Positions 29,732 through 40,262 of a stretch of DNA of 64,000 bases are shown one piece after another. The number at the start of each line of letters is the position of its first letter. Position 1 is the stretch's first letter. The translations under genes and the position numbers were made by a program. The stretch is from an uncultured archaeon (GTDB lineage: Archaea; Hadarchaeota; Hadarchaeia; Hadarchaeales; Hadarchaeaceae). A model generated the notes under the pieces. The model had not been told where the DNA came from. It searched no databases and saw only the letters and a program-made list of their open reading frames with translations. The stretch is from positions 32,169-96,168 of the forward strand of contig CAKZTQ010000032.1 in assembly GCA_937921735.1 (NCBI GenBank), written 5' to 3'.

Positions 29732-30366
29732 ATCCTCGCCTCGAGCATCGCTTTGATCCGTTTGAGGCGCGAGAAGTTTTCCCTTTCCATCTCACCCAGT
29801 CTCATTGTTATGAATTTTATTGTCGCTTCCAGGCGGGGGATTATTATATACTCCAGCGCGTTGGCCCTTCGCTTCGTCTTCTCCAGTTCCCTAGCTATCG
29901 CTCGAGCAGACTCCTCAAGTTCGGCCAATTCGACTAGGAGCTCGAGGGTTTTTTCGAACTCCCTCGCCGCATCGTCTAAGGCGGAGGATGTGAAGTGAAT
30001 GCTATAACCCCTTTCCAAAACCGTGCGCTCTACTCTTTCGATCCTCAAGGCCGGGGTCATGATCCCCATTATATAGCGAGTGGACGCATCCAACTGGATC
30101 TCCCGTCTAGCCTCCCGAGAGGCTTGCTGAGTTTCGATCGTGCCGACGACGGCGAGGCAAACGGATAGCGCCCGATGGGCAGCGGATAATTGCCGCAGGG
30201 CATTCGTCCTCGCCTGTTTTACCCTTTTGAGCACCTCAAAGAACTCGATGATGAGGGCATCCATTTTTTCGGTGAGTAAGTCATGTCCCCTCTGCGCCAA
30301 GCTGATTCTCCTCCTCAGTTTTATGAGTTCCATCCTAGTTGGGGAGATCGCCATTGGTGCGGCCAT
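29728..30366 (-). CDS. atpD: A/V-type ATP synthase subunit D
   Basis: PTRMELIKL, GHDLL, TKRRANALE.IIIP, ERENFSRLK. Confidence 0.95.
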   Translation of the reverse strand: MAAPMAISPTRMELIKLRRRISLAQRGHDLLTEKMDALIIEFFEVLKRVKQARTNALRQLSAAHRALSVCLAVVGTIETQQASREARREIQLDASTRYIMGIMTPALRIERVERTVLERGYSIHFTSSALDDAAREFEKTLELLVELAELEESARAIARELEKTKRRANALEYIIIPRLEATIKFITMRLGEMERENFSRLKRIKAMLEARI

Positions 30367-30367
30367 T

Positions 30368-30706
30368 TTAACCTCCCCCAACTTTTTCTGTCACCCTCGC
30401 CCCGACGGCACGTTTAATAAGTTCATATAACTCATCCACCGCCGGTACATAGCCGGTCTTATCAGGTATCGCGAGCACCACCGGAAGAACCCCTTTGGCC
30501 CTCATCAACAGCTTGAACTCTTCTCCCAAATCATCGATGGTCCGATGAGTGATCAACAATAGCCCCATATCCTTCTCCATCAAAAAACTCTTGAGTTTGG
30601 ATAGGGTTTCCTCCTTGCTTACGTGTATGTGGGTATGCCGCACGCCGGCAAGCGCAAAGCCGGTCACCGTGTCAGCGTCGCCGATCACCGCGATTTTATA
30701 GCTCAA
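30368..30706 (-). CDS. atpF: A/V-type ATP synthase subunit F
   Basis: KIAVIGDADTVTGFALAGV, IKRAVG. Confidence 0.93.
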   Translation of the reverse strand: MSYKIAVIGDADTVTGFALAGVRHTHIHVSKEETLSKLKSFLMEKDMGLLLITHRTIDDLGEEFKLLMRAKGVLPVVLAIPDKTGYVPAVDELYELIKRAVGARVTEKVGGG

Positions 30707-31835
30707 TTTTAGGCACCCTCACCAGCAATTCCTTAATCCTCTCCGGCTCGACTCCATCCACCTTAAGTCTAATGATTGTACGTAGGTTCTTGATCTCCGT
30801 TTCCTTCATGTAAATGTAGGAGAGCACAGGGGCTAAGCTGAGCAATTTTACTATTGACATCCATTTGCATATCCTCAGCAGCCCTTCGTCCAGCGATTTT
30901 TCCATCGCCAAAAGTGAGCCAGTGGATTCGAAGTGGGGCATGGCTCCTGTAAGGATGGGGCCATAACTGGTGTGCGATACCGCCTCAACAGATGCTGACA
31001 CATCCTCAGCGAGGATCATGGACCTCAGCACCTCCTCCGATAGCTCGTGCGACGGCCTGATCACGAATTTATCTATTTCATCTGGCGGTACCCCTTCTTT
31101 TTTGAGCCGTAATATCAGCTTAATATTCACCGCGTCTATCTCGTAGCCGATCACCGCCTTCAGGATTTGGCGCTGGCGTTTCGCCTTCAACACCTCTGCC
31201 CACAAACTCGAATAATAATGCTTGTCCAAGGCGGAGGTCAGGGCGATCAACCCCAACTTCTCATAGGCCTGAAGGGCTTTAGAAGCGGCTTCGAAGTACT
31301 CGGTGCCCTCCAAATACTTGAGGAATTCCTCGAGACCCTCTGCGGCGGCCAGCAGCTCGAGCCTATGGAGGGGGAGAGTCGGAGATGGTATGAGGTCCTT
31401 CATCCTCTCCTCTTTCGGAAGCTTATCGTGGATCGCGGCGAGTAGGACCTTGAGGTTCCAAAGATCTATTCGCTGGATCAACTTGGCGATCACCCCTCTC
31501 CCCTCTCTCGGTACCATCTGGAGGAGCTCCCGATAGCGCTCGCTGACGCTCATCTTCAGGGCCCGTTCGATCGCGATGACGTCGATCCTTTCGGACCTCG
31601 GAATATCCTTGAGGTATGGGCCATAATCGGTATCGTCTAAGCCGGCTAGAATATTGACGACCTTGGCCGCATCCGCGAACTCAAGGAGGCGGGACTCAGG
31701 GATGGACCTTGCCTCCCAAGCACTGATCTTCGCGCTGCAGTAAACGTATGGCGTCGTGCGTTTGGCGTGGGCGATGATCAAGACTAAAAAAATCCCCATG
31801 AGCGCGAATACCAGCATCAAAGCCAGATCACTCAT
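30696..31835 (-). CDS. atpC: A/V-type ATP synthase subunit C
   Basis: PYVYC.AKI, DLWNLK, LDKHYY, EIDAVNIK.ILR.K, KETEIKNLR. Confidence 0.9.
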   Translation of the reverse strand: MSDLALMLVFALMGIFLVLIIAHAKRTTPYVYCSAKISAWEARSIPESRLLEFADAAKVVNILAGLDDTDYGPYLKDIPRSERIDVIAIERALKMSVSERYRELLQMVPREGRGVIAKLIQRIDLWNLKVLLAAIHDKLPKEERMKDLIPSPTLPLHRLELLAAAEGLEEFLKYLEGTEYFEAASKALQAYEKLGLIALTSALDKHYYSSLWAEVLKAKRQRQILKAVIGYEIDAVNIKLILRLKKEGVPPDEIDKFVIRPSHELSEEVLRSMILAEDVSASVEAVSHTSYGPILTGAMPHFESTGSLLAMEKSLDEGLLRICKWMSIVKLLSLAPVLSYIYMKETEIKNLRTIIRLKVDGVEPERIKELLVRVPKIEL

Positions 31836-32452
31836 GTGGACCCTTCGAAAAGTACCTTTGCTACTTTTATTCGGAGAGCTTCGAACTCTCTCTTCATCCT
31901 AGTCTCGAGGGTATCGTCGATTTCCATCTTACCATCCGGCGTTCCAACCCTCACCCCGCCCATCGTCTGAATTGGCTCGCCCAGCGATACGCTTGTGAGC
32001 TCTCCCACAGCCCGAATAATTTCACCCATGTGCCTTTCGAGGAGCTCGAGATCCCTTTTGTTAGCACGGATGATTACCTTATCCGAATTGAGTTTTTTGC
32101 ACGCCTCGGCCGCGATGCGGATGAGGTCCTTTTTGTACCTCTCGGAAGACGCGTATTTCGCGAGTCTCTCCTTCGCTTGCTCGAACACCTCGTTTACCAG
32201 TTCTTCTCTCTTCCGTAGGATCTCCTTCTTTGCTTTCAACCTACCCTCCGCGAGCATCGCCCTGTAAAGTTGTTCGCCTCTCGCCCTCGCTTCTCTCATC
32301 TCTCGTTCTATTTCCTCCCTCGCGGCGAGGCGGGCCCTGTTCAGGATAGATCTCGCCTCGTTCTGCGCGGCCTCCATGAGCTGAGCTGTTTTTTCTCTAG
32401 CCTCTTTGAGTATCTCATCTACTATCAATTGTGCACCTTCTTCGCCCTGCAA
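31832..32452 (-). CDS. atpE: A/V-type ATP synthase subunit E
   Basis: N-terminal coiled coil, GGVRV...DDTLE; operon position. Confidence 0.9.
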   Translation of the reverse strand: MQGEEGAQLIVDEILKEAREKTAQLMEAAQNEARSILNRARLAAREEIEREMREARARGEQLYRAMLAEGRLKAKKEILRKREELVNEVFEQAKERLAKYASSERYKKDLIRIAAEACKKLNSDKVIIRANKRDLELLERHMGEIIRAVGELTSVSLGEPIQTMGGVRVGTPDGKMEIDDTLETRMKREFEALRIKVAKVLFEGST

Positions 32453-32464
32453 CTTTTCGACCCC

Positions 32465-32932
32465 TTACCATACGCCGATGCTTATCAGCAGCAGGAACGT
32501 CGCTAGAAAGCCCAAAATGGCGTAAGTCTCGACCATCACCGTGTACATGACACACTTCCCGAATACTTCCGGCTTTTTAGCAATTGCCGACACGCCAGCC
32601 GTGGCTGCCAACCCCTGCGCATAGGACGTGAATCCTTGGAAGATCACCGGAACAGCCGCCGCCAGCACCGCTAGGCCACTTATGCCAGGTCTGAGCTCTC
32701 CGCCCAGTAAACCCGTTCCAATTATTATCAACATCGCCGCGATGAAACCATAGAAGCCTTGGGTCCCCGGGAGTACCTCTAGCACGAAAGCCTTGGAGAA
32801 CTTCGTCGGATCCTCGCTCGTCACGCCAGCCGCTGCAACGCCCGTCATCCCGACCCCAATCGCCGCGAATATTCCCGGGATGCCAACCGCTAACCCTGCC
32901 GCCAATGCAACCCAAGCAATGTCGGCTACCAT
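32465..32932 (-). CDS. atpK: A/V-type ATP synthase subunit K (two-hairpin c subunit)
   Basis: LPGTQGFYG and MVETYAILG motifs; four TM segments. Confidence 0.95.
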   Translation of the reverse strand: MVADIAWVALAAGLAVGIPGIFAAIGVGMTGVAAAGVTSEDPTKFSKAFVLEVLPGTQGFYGFIAAMLIIIGTGLLGGELRPGISGLAVLAAAVPVIFQGFTSYAQGLAATAGVSAIAKKPEVFGKCVMYTVMVETYAILGFLATFLLLISIGVW

Positions 32933-34989
32933 TTATTCACCCCTTTTAATTTGGTGAAAGTCCTTTTAGCTTTAAAGGGAGAGAACTTCAAGCCCCCGGC
33001 CTCGTAAAATTTGCCAAAGAATTCAGCGAAGTGAAGCCTCATGCTATGAATGAACCCTCCCAAGCTATTGATAAATATGTTAAAACTGTGTCCAACGATG
33101 AACAAAAACGCTAGGATGGCGATCAACGGGATAGCAACAATCGCCGTGAGCACGGAAAGTTCGGAAGGAAACATTGTTTGGTAAATGAATTTGATGATGT
33201 AATTTATTAGGAATGCTATAACACCTGTCGCTAGTCCCAACGCCATAAGTCTCGAATAGGAGACCACATCGGCCACCATTCCTATTATGCCGTAAATAAC
33301 ATTCATCGAGCCGCCGATCCTCTGTGAGATTCCCTCCTTCGTCAGGATTTCTCCGGCAATCCCAATCCCGAGACCTGAATAAAAGAAGGCACGGAAAGCC
33401 AGGACAATGGATTGAGTTGGCACGAATGGATTAAACGCGTCAAATAAACCCATTTTCGGAAAGGTAAAGTCTATGCCAAGCGATGTCATGCTCATGCCGA
33501 GGACGCAGAAGGCTAGACCGAAGAACCCAACGATGATTAACGTTCGAGAAATCCGGATAAATATCAAGCTCCTCCAATTCCGCCTAAATATATCTTTGAG
33601 GCCACCAGCTAGGCCGAACGCGATGAGGAGGTGAAGGACGCCTATGAGCAGCGCCAGCTTCAGCAACGGCAGCGGGTCCTCGATCGGGTTGGTCCAATGT
33701 GCCCTGAAAAATGGATGCACGTTTGCTAGGGCGTCTCCAAACCATCCGCCCATGAGGAAGCCGGCCACCACGGTGAACACGGCGCACAGGATCATGATCC
33801 GCTTAAGCTCTAGAGGGAATATCCTCACGATCCAGAAGTTCGAGGCGAGGAATAAAGCCAGCGCTATTCCATAACCCGCGTCTGACAGGCAGATGGCGAA
33901 GAAGATGGCGAAGGTGATCGCCAAAACCGGCGTTGGATCTACCTCATCGTATCTCGGCAAGCCGTACATCTCGGTGATGTACTCGAAGTCCTTGATGCCG
34001 CTCGGGTTCTCAAGCTGGATTGGGGTCCTTTCGATCTCCATTTGTTCGGGCTCGTAGGTCCTAACGACATATCGCCCTTTGGTCGCCGCGGTGAGTGTCG
34101 ATTCGAGTTCACCCATTTTTTTAGCTGGGACCCACCCCTCTACGACGACGGTCGCATCCGTAAAGCCAAATATCGAGTCGCAGCTTAACCTGTCCCTTTG
34201 GATCTCGAGTAGTTCCGCCATGCAGTTAAGCTGGGATGCTTTGGCCCTCGCCAATTTCCTCTTCCTTTTTTCTAGGTCCTCGGCTTGTTTTTGCAGCTCC
34301 TTCAGTTGACCTTCTAGGTTCTTCAGCACCTCACGCGGCAGCCCCTTTAGGGGGGGAAGCTCGATCGGCTCGACCTCATATTTGTACAACACCGGCAGGA
34401 GTTTCTGTTGATCCTTTGTCCTACATATCACCACTAACGTGCGCGTCCTACCTTTTCCTAGCAGGGACATTGCCATCCTTCCCGAGAGGGCATCGCTTGC
34501 CGATTTTAGGAATTCGGATACTTTTTCCGCCGCGATCCTCCCGGTTGCTACGTAGATCTCTTCAGTCGAACGGAGATATTGCAATGGGATCCTAAACTCG
34601 CGGAAGTCCTCAAGCACAGCAATTTGGGAAATCACCTCTTGTTTCTTATCCATCAACCACTTCTCCTTAGCCTTCAGCGCTTCTACTTTAGGCTCGAGCC
34701 CGAGGAGAAGCTCTTTGGCCTGCTTTAGTAACTGCTCATGAGTGAGTTCTCTGACCTCAACCGGGCGACCATAGCTCAAGGTCTCTAAAAATCTTTGTAT
34801 CTCCTTGACCCTAGCCAGCGCGGAGGAGATCTCGTAAAATTTATCGCTCAACATCCTCCTTGCTACCCCGACGTCGGAGACCTCCTTCAGCTGGACTACC
34901 CCTGCCTCATGTAATCTGGATACAACTTCGTCGCGATCGCGCTGGAGGATCACCGCGCGAAACTTTTGCATCTTGGCGGTCCTGAACAT
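32926..34989 (-). CDS. atpI: A/V-type ATP synthase subunit I (a)
   Basis: YGLPRYDEVDPT, DAGYG, SYSRLMALGL, HSMRLHFAEFFGKFY. Confidence 0.95.
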   Translation of the reverse strand: MFRTAKMQKFRAVILQRDRDEVVSRLHEAGVVQLKEVSDVGVARRMLSDKFYEISSALARVKEIQRFLETLSYGRPVEVRELTHEQLLKQAKELLLGLEPKVEALKAKEKWLMDKKQEVISQIAVLEDFREFRIPLQYLRSTEEIYVATGRIAAEKVSEFLKSASDALSGRMAMSLLGKGRTRTLVVICRTKDQQKLLPVLYKYEVEPIELPPLKGLPREVLKNLEGQLKELQKQAEDLEKRKRKLARAKASQLNCMAELLEIQRDRLSCDSIFGFTDATVVVEGWVPAKKMGELESTLTAATKGRYVVRTYEPEQMEIERTPIQLENPSGIKDFEYITEMYGLPRYDEVDPTPVLAITFAIFFAICLSDAGYGIALALFLASNFWIVRIFPLELKRIMILCAVFTVVAGFLMGGWFGDALANVHPFFRAHWTNPIEDPLPLLKLALLIGVLHLLIAFGLAGGLKDIFRRNWRSLIFIRISRTLIIVGFFGLAFCVLGMSMTSLGIDFTFPKMGLFDAFNPFVPTQSIVLAFRAFFYSGLGIGIAGEILTKEGISQRIGGSMNVIYGIIGMVADVVSYSRLMALGLATGVIAFLINYIIKFIYQTMFPSELSVLTAIVAIPLIAILAFLFIVGHSFNIFINSLGGFIHSMRLHFAEFFGKFYEAGGLKFSPFKAKRTFTKLKGVNKW

Positions 34990-34993
34990 CGCC

Positions 34994-35305
34994 TCACCGC
35001 AAGACAGCTTCTAAAATTAGCTTAATCGCATCCTCATATCTCGCCTTGGCCTTCCTCTCCAACGATTGGACCTGCGCTTGAGTCTGCTTGAACAGCCGCT
35101 CGATCTCGGCTTGGGCCCTCGATCTATACTGGTCCATTATCTCTTCAGCCTTGGCCCTCGCCTCGTCCCTCGCCCTCTCCTTTATTTGCTCTGATTCCGA
35201 TCGAGCCGAATCCACGATTTTTCTAGCCCTCGCCTGTGCGTCCTCAATTAACCTCTTGGCCTCCCTTTCGGCCTCGAAAATCGCTTTGAGGCTTTGTTCG
35301 ACCAC
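34994..35305 (-). CDS. atpH: A/V-type ATP synthase subunit H/G (peripheral stalk)
   Basis: Charged coiled coil (AEREA..LIEDA) immediately upstream of atpI. Confidence 0.82.
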   Translation of the reverse strand: MVEQSLKAIFEAEREAKRLIEDAQARARKIVDSARSESEQIKERARDEARAKAEEIMDQYRSRAQAEIERLFKQTQAQVQSLERKAKARYEDAIKLILEAVLR

Positions 35306-35442
35306 CCAAGCGCCCTCCTTTATTGGTTCATTCGGCCCTTTAATGTCGACGGTTCATAAACATTCTGATTTTGCAATCATTTTTTATGGCGGCATGTTCA
35401 TATTCAAAAAAGTAACCATTTCGTCAGAACGAGGGTGTAAGT

Positions 35443-37227
35443 TTGGGCAAGATCATCAGGGTCACCGGCCCCGTGGTAATCGCCGACGGCATGAAAGGTT
35501 CAGAGATGTATGAACTCGTCAGGGTCGGCGAGGAGGGGCTCATAGGTGAGATAATCGGGCTGGCCGGAGATAGGGCAACGATTCAAGTCTATGAGGAGAC
35601 CTCGGGCATCCGACCGGGTGAGAAGGTCGAGGGTACGGGTAGGCCGTTGTCGGTAGAGCTCGGGCCCGGCCTGATCGGGGCAATCTATGATGGTACGCAG
35701 AGGCCGCTGACGATCATCCGGGCCAAGACCGGCGATATGATAACCCGCGGCGTTTTCGCGCACGCTTTGCCAAGGGACAAAAAGTGGAAGTTCGTGCCGA
35801 AGGTCGAAAAGGGGGCGAGCGTCGTAGAGGGCGACGTTTTAGGTGTAGTGAAGGAAAGCAAGCTGGTCGAGCACCGCATCCTCGTGCCTCCAGGGTTGAG
35901 CGGCAAGGTGCTCGAGATCTCGGAGGGGGCTTATGGTGTCCAGGACGTCGTGGCATCGATCGAGACCAGCGAGGGTAAGAAAGGGATCAGGATGATGCAG
36001 ATGTGGCCCGTCAGAAAACCTAGGCCGCATAAGGGGAAGCTCGAGCCTCGGGAGCCGCTGATCTCCGGGCAGCGCGTCATAGACTCACTGTTTCCCATCG
36101 CTAAAGGGGGGACGGCAGCTATACCCGGAGGCTTCGGCACGGGGAAGACCGTCATGCTACACCAGTTCGCGAAGTGGGCCGCGGCGGACGTTGTCGTCTA
36201 CGTCGGATGCGGCGAGCGCGGCAACGAGATGTGCGACGTGCTCACCCACTTCCCGGAGCTCAAGGACCCCAGGACCGGCGAGCCTCTGATGGAGCGGACC
36301 GTGCTCATCGCCAACACCTCAAACATGCCGGTCGCAGCAAGGGAGGCCAGCGTCTATACCGGCATCACCATCGCCGAATATTTCAGGGACATGGGCTACG
36401 ACGTCGCCCTCATGGCGGATTCAACTTCTCGCTGGGCCGAGGCCATGCGGGAGATCTCGGGCAGGTTAGAGGAGATGCCAGGCGAGGAGGGCTTCCCGGC
36501 CTACTTGGCTTCGAGGCTGGCGGAGTTCTACGAGCGGGCGGGTAGGGTGAGGACGTTGGGCTCCGAGGAGAGGTTCGGTTCGGTCACGGTGATCGGCGCG
36601 GTGTCTCCGCCGGGAGGCGATCTATCCGAGCCGGTTTCTCAGAACACGTTGCGCGTGGTCAAAGTTTTCTGGGCGCTGGATTCGAGTTTAGCGGACAGGC
36701 GTCACTTCCCCGCCATCCACTGGCTCAACAGCTATTCCCTCTACGTCGATGCCGTCAAGGATTGGTGGGGGCAAAAGCTGGGCATGAATTGGAAAGCGAT
36801 GAGGGACGAGGCGATAGCCATGCTCCAGGAGGAGGCCGAGCTCCAAGAAATAGTGAAGCTGGTCGGTCCCGATGCCTTGCCCGAGCGGGACCGAGCCGTG
36901 CTCGAGGCGGCCAGGATCATGCGCGAGGACTTCCTTCAGCAGTTCGCCTATCACGAGGTAGACACGTATTGTCCGGTGGAGAAACAGCTCCGCATGCTCG
37001 ACGTGGTGCTGGACTTCTACCGCAGCGCGATCGAGGCGACGAGGCAAGGGGTTTCGGTGGATGAGATAAAGAAACTGCCGGTGAGGGAAAGGATAGCGAC
37101 GATGAAGCGAGTTCCACCAGCGGAGTTCGAGGCCGAATACAGGTCCATCAAGAAGCAGTTGAAGGAGCAATTCTCGGAGCTACTCAAGGCGAAGAGGGTT
37201 CTGGTGAGGGGGAGCGAGGGTGGTTGA
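35443..37227 (+). CDS. atpA: A/V-type ATP synthase subunit A
   Basis: GGFGTGKT P-loop, [25 protein letters not shown]; no intein. Confidence 0.97.
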   Translation: MGKIIRVTGPVVIADGMKGSEMYELVRVGEEGLIGEIIGLAGDRATIQVYEETSGIRPGEKVEGTGRPLSVELGPGLIGAIYDGTQRPLTIIRAKTGDMITRGVFAHALPRDKKWKFVPKVEKGASVVEGDVLGVVKESKLVEHRILVPPGLSGKVLEISEGAYGVQDVVASIETSEGKKGIRMMQMWPVRKPRPHKGKLEPREPLISGQRVIDSLFPIAKGGTAAIPGGFGTGKTVMLHQFAKWAAADVVVYVGCGERGNEMCDVLTHFPELKDPRTGEPLMERTVLIANTSNMPVAAREASVYTGITIAEYFRDMGYDVALMADSTSRWAEAMREISGRLEEMPGEEGFPAYLASRLAEFYERAGRVRTLGSEERFGSVTVIGAVSPPGGDLSEPVSQNTLRVVKVFWALDSSLADRRHFPAIHWLNSYSLYVDAVKDWWGQKLGMNWKAMRDEAIAMLQEEAELQEIVKLVGPDALPERDRAVLEAARIMREDFLQQFAYHEVDTYCPVEKQLRMLDVVLDFYRSAIEATRQGVSVDEIKKLPVRERIATMKRVPPAEFEAEYRSIKKQLKEQFSELLKAKRVLVRGSEGG

Positions 37228-38614
37228 CGAGGCGATAAAGCATCGGGAGTACCGAACGGTCACTAAGGTCTCAGGTCCCTTGATAATAGTTGAGGGGGTG
37301 AGCGGCGCAGCTTATGGGGAAGTTGTGGAGATAATGACCCCCTCCGGCGAGGTCAAGCGCGGGCAGGTGCTCGACGCCTACGAGGACCGCGCGGTCGTGC
37401 AGGTTTACGAGGGCACTAGGGGCATCGATACCCTGCAGACGAGGGTCAGGTTTACCGGTGAGACGGTGAAGTTCGGCGTGGGGCTTGAGCTTTTGGGCAG
37501 GATCTTCAACGGTAGGGGCGAGCCCATCGATGGCGGTCCTAGGCCCCTGTTCGAGGATAAATGGGACGTGCACGGAGCGCCGATCAATCCCTCCGCGAGG
37601 GAGTACCCGAGCGAGTTCATACAAACCGGCATCTCGGCGATCGATGGCATGAACACGCTCGTGAGGGGGCAGAAGTTGCCGATCTTCTCGGGCTCGGGCC
37701 TCCCCCACAACGACTTGGCGGCACAAATAGCTAGGCAGTCGAAGGTCTTGGGCGAGGAGGAGGAGTTCGCGGTTGTATTCTGTGGGATGGGCATCACCCA
37801 CGAGGAGGCCGCCTTCTTCATGAGGGACTTCGAGAGGACGGGGGCGCTGGAGCGGGCCTGCATGTTCTTGAACTTGGCGAACGACCCGGCGATAGAGAGA
37901 ATACTGACGCCGCGGCTTGCCCTTACGGCTGCCGAGTACCTTGCGTTCATCCAAGGCATGCATGTGCTGGTCATCCTCACCGACATGACCAACTACGCCG
38001 AGGCCCTCCGCGAGATCTCGGCCGCTCGAGGGGAGGTGCCGGGTAGGCGGGGGTATCCCGGTTACCTCTACACGGACTTCGCGACCATCTACGAACGAGC
38101 GGGTAGGATAAAGGGGAAGAAGGGCTCGATCACGCAGATGCCGATCTTGACCATGCCCGGGGACGACATCACCCACCCCATACCCGACCTAACCGGCTAC
38201 ATAACTGAAGGGCAGTTGGTGATGGACAGGGAACTCCACCACAAGGGCATCTACCCCCCGATCAACGTGCTGCCCTCGCTTTCTAGGCTCATGAAGGACG
38301 GCATAGGCGAGGGTCACACGCGCGAGGACCACAGCGACCTCTCGAACCAGCTTTACGCCGCCTACGCCGAGGGCAAGGACCTTCGCGCGCTGGTGGCGGT
38401 GGTGGGGGAGGAGGCGCTGATGGAACGCGACCGCCGTTACCTCGAATTCGCGGATAGATTTGAGCGGGAGTTCATCAACCAGCGCAGGGACGAGGATCGC
38501 CCGATCGAGGTCACCCTAGATCTGGGCTGGGAGCTGCTCCGCGGGCTGCCCGAGGCGGAGCTGAAGCGAGTAGATCCCAAGTTCATAGCTAAGTACCTCC
38601 ACAAGCGGGGTTAG
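37220..38614 (+). CDS. atpB: A/V-type ATP synthase subunit B
   Basis: [41 protein letters not shown]. Confidence 0.97.
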   Translation: MVDEAIKHREYRTVTKVSGPLIIVEGVSGAAYGEVVEIMTPSGEVKRGQVLDAYEDRAVVQVYEGTRGIDTLQTRVRFTGETVKFGVGLELLGRIFNGRGEPIDGGPRPLFEDKWDVHGAPINPSAREYPSEFIQTGISAIDGMNTLVRGQKLPIFSGSGLPHNDLAAQIARQSKVLGEEEEFAVVFCGMGITHEEAAFFMRDFERTGALERACMFLNLANDPAIERILTPRLALTAAEYLAFIQGMHVLVILTDMTNYAEALREISAARGEVPGRRGYPGYLYTDFATIYERAGRIKGKKGSITQMPILTMPGDDITHPIPDLTGYITEGQLVMDRELHHKGIYPPINVLPSLSRLMKDGIGEGHTREDHSDLSNQLYAAYAEGKDLRALVAVVGEEALMERDRRYLEFADRFEREFINQRRDEDRPIEVTLDLGWELLRGLPEAELKRVDPKFIAKYLHKRG

Positions 38615-38615
38615 C

Positions 38616-39032
38616 TTGGTCGAGATCAGGGACTTCAGGAGCGAGGACGTAGATGAGGTCCTCTCCATCCTGCATGCCTGCTTTGGCCCGACCGGACTCG
38701 AGGACGTCGATCGCGTGAACCTGTTGGGCTGGCATTACCAGTTCCCGGGCGGCATGAAGGTAGCGCTTGAAAAAGGGCGGATAGTGGGCTTCGTCTTCGC
38801 GTTCAACTCTTACAGGGTGGGCTGGATCACGCTGCTCTGTGTCAAGCCCGAGCTCCGAGGTAGGGGGATCGGGACGAGCTTGCTCAGGAGCGCCATCGAG
38901 CATCTCCGCGAGCGTGGCGTGGAGGTGATCAAGCTGGATGTCGAGCCTGACAACCCCGCCTTGGGGCTTTACAGGAAATTCGGCTTTGAGGTCGAGCGAA
39001 CGTTGCTACGACTGCGGAAGAAGCCGCCGTGA
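38616..39032 (+). CDS. GNAT family N-acetyltransferase
   Basis: VKPELRGRGIG motif A; N.PALGLYRKFGF. Confidence 0.88.
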   Translation: MVEIRDFRSEDVDEVLSILHACFGPTGLEDVDRVNLLGWHYQFPGGMKVALEKGRIVGFVFAFNSYRVGWITLLCVKPELRGRGIGTSLLRSAIEHLRERGVEVIKLDVEPDNPALGLYRKFGFEVERTLLRLRKKPP

Positions 39033-39033
39033 T

Positions 39034-39094
39034 GCGCTCGGGGACTCAAAATCCTCATCACGTGGTCAGTTGGGTCAGACTCGTCATCGCGCGT
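39034..39094 (-). ncRNA. box C/D methylation guide sRNA
   Basis: Minus strand: box C GCGATGA (39090-39084), D' CTGA (39069-39066), C' GTGATGA (39061-39055), D CCGA (39041-39038); guides of 13-14 nt; short terminal GC stem. Confidence 0.75.
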
Positions 39095-39116
39095 TCGACT
39101 TTCTTTTTCTGGAGGG

Positions 39117-40262
39117 TTAAAACCCTTTCGCGCCACGAGGTGAATAAATTTCCTCCGCGAGCTTCTTCACTTTAGCTCTGATCCTCTCCCGCTCGAGGCG
39201 ATGCGAGTTTAAAAATTCGGTCATGGCCTCGATCGCGCGCGATTTACAATCGCCGCAGATCATCGCTCCGGATTTACATGCCTCCCTTATGCTTAAAAGT
39301 TCCTCGTCGTCGGGCGCGAGGTGGTAGAGGTAGAGCTTGTACACCGTGCACCTATCTGGGTCCCCGCCCAGCCTGCGCTGTTCTTCCGCCGTGGGCTGAC
39401 CACCCGTAAACGCATCCCTGATTTTGTGCTTCACCTCCTCGACGCCATCGGTCAGGAAGATGGCCGTCTCCGGCCTGCTGCTCGACATCTTCTCGCCCGT
39501 GAGGCCGGGCATGAGATAGTGATAAGTTGAGGATGGCGGTATAAACCCGAACTCGTTCTGGAACCTAGCCGCCACGTCTCGGGCGAGCCTTATGTGGGGG
39601 TCTTGGTCCACCCCCACCGGAACGACGGTTGGGCATGGTCCCTCGAATTCGCTCAACTGCGGATGCAGGATGTCGGCCACGTCTATCATCGGGTAGAAGA
39701 TGTGTGCGATATTCGAGTCGCCGGCGAACCCGTAAATCGCGCGCATCTCGTTGAAGTTCACCTTCTTCGCGAGCACGTATGCTAGGTGGCGCACCGCATT
39801 GCTTCGGGACTGGAAGTAAACGTGACACCTTTCGAGGTCCAGGCCGAGGGCTTGGTAGTTCACGAGATACTCGTCGACCGCGAGTCGATAAGCCTCTTGA
39901 AATGTCACGTTTCTCGCCGAATAAGCCTCGAGGTCGGCGATGCACAGGTAAATTTTTGCCCCTAGGTCCTGGTACCAGATGAGCTGGTCGATGACCAATT
40001 TGTGGCCGATGTGCATGCGGCCGCTGGGCATCAAGCCCGTCATCACGACGAACTTCTCGCCCGAGAGCATCGCGTCCAGCACGCGCCCGAAATCGCGGTG
40101 GCCGAAGATCACACGTCGGCGCATGAGGTGATGCGCTTTCGGCAAGCGATCGAGCAGGTCCGTGAACGGCTCTATCCCAAACTCTTCCATCAGTTTGGCA
40201 TAGTCCTCCGGAACGGCTGTGCCCCATGGATCGATCTTGATCGGCATCTCAGGGCCTCTCAC
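39117..40262 (-). CDS. trpS: tryptophanyl-tRNA synthetase
   Basis: GLMPSGRMHIGH (HIGH), GVDQDPHIRL, KMSSS, AFTGG. Confidence 0.95.
   Translation of the reverse strand: MRGPEMPIKIDPWGTAVPEDYAKLMEEFGIEPFTDLLDRLPKAHHLMRRRVIFGHRDFGRVLDAMLSGEKFVVMTGLMPSGRMHIGHKLVIDQLIWYQDLGAKIYLCIADLEAYSARNVTFQEAYRLAVDEYLVNYQALGLDLERCHVYFQSRSNAVRHLAYVLAKKVNFNEMRAIYGFAGDSNIAHIFYPMIDVADILHPQLSEFEGPCPTVVPVGVDQDPHIRLARDVAARFQNEFGFIPPSSTYHYLMPGLTGEKMSSSRPETAIFLTDGVEEVKHKIRDAFTGGQPTAEEQRRLGGDPDRCTVYKLYLYHLAPDDEELLSIREACKSGAMICGDCKSRAIEAMTEFLNSHRLERERIRAKVKKLAEEIYSPRGAKGF

Noticed and set aside
30696-31835. Hydrophobic N-terminal helix on ATP synthase subunit C
   Set aside because: Similar extensions occur in Thermococcales AtpC, so it is not novel.
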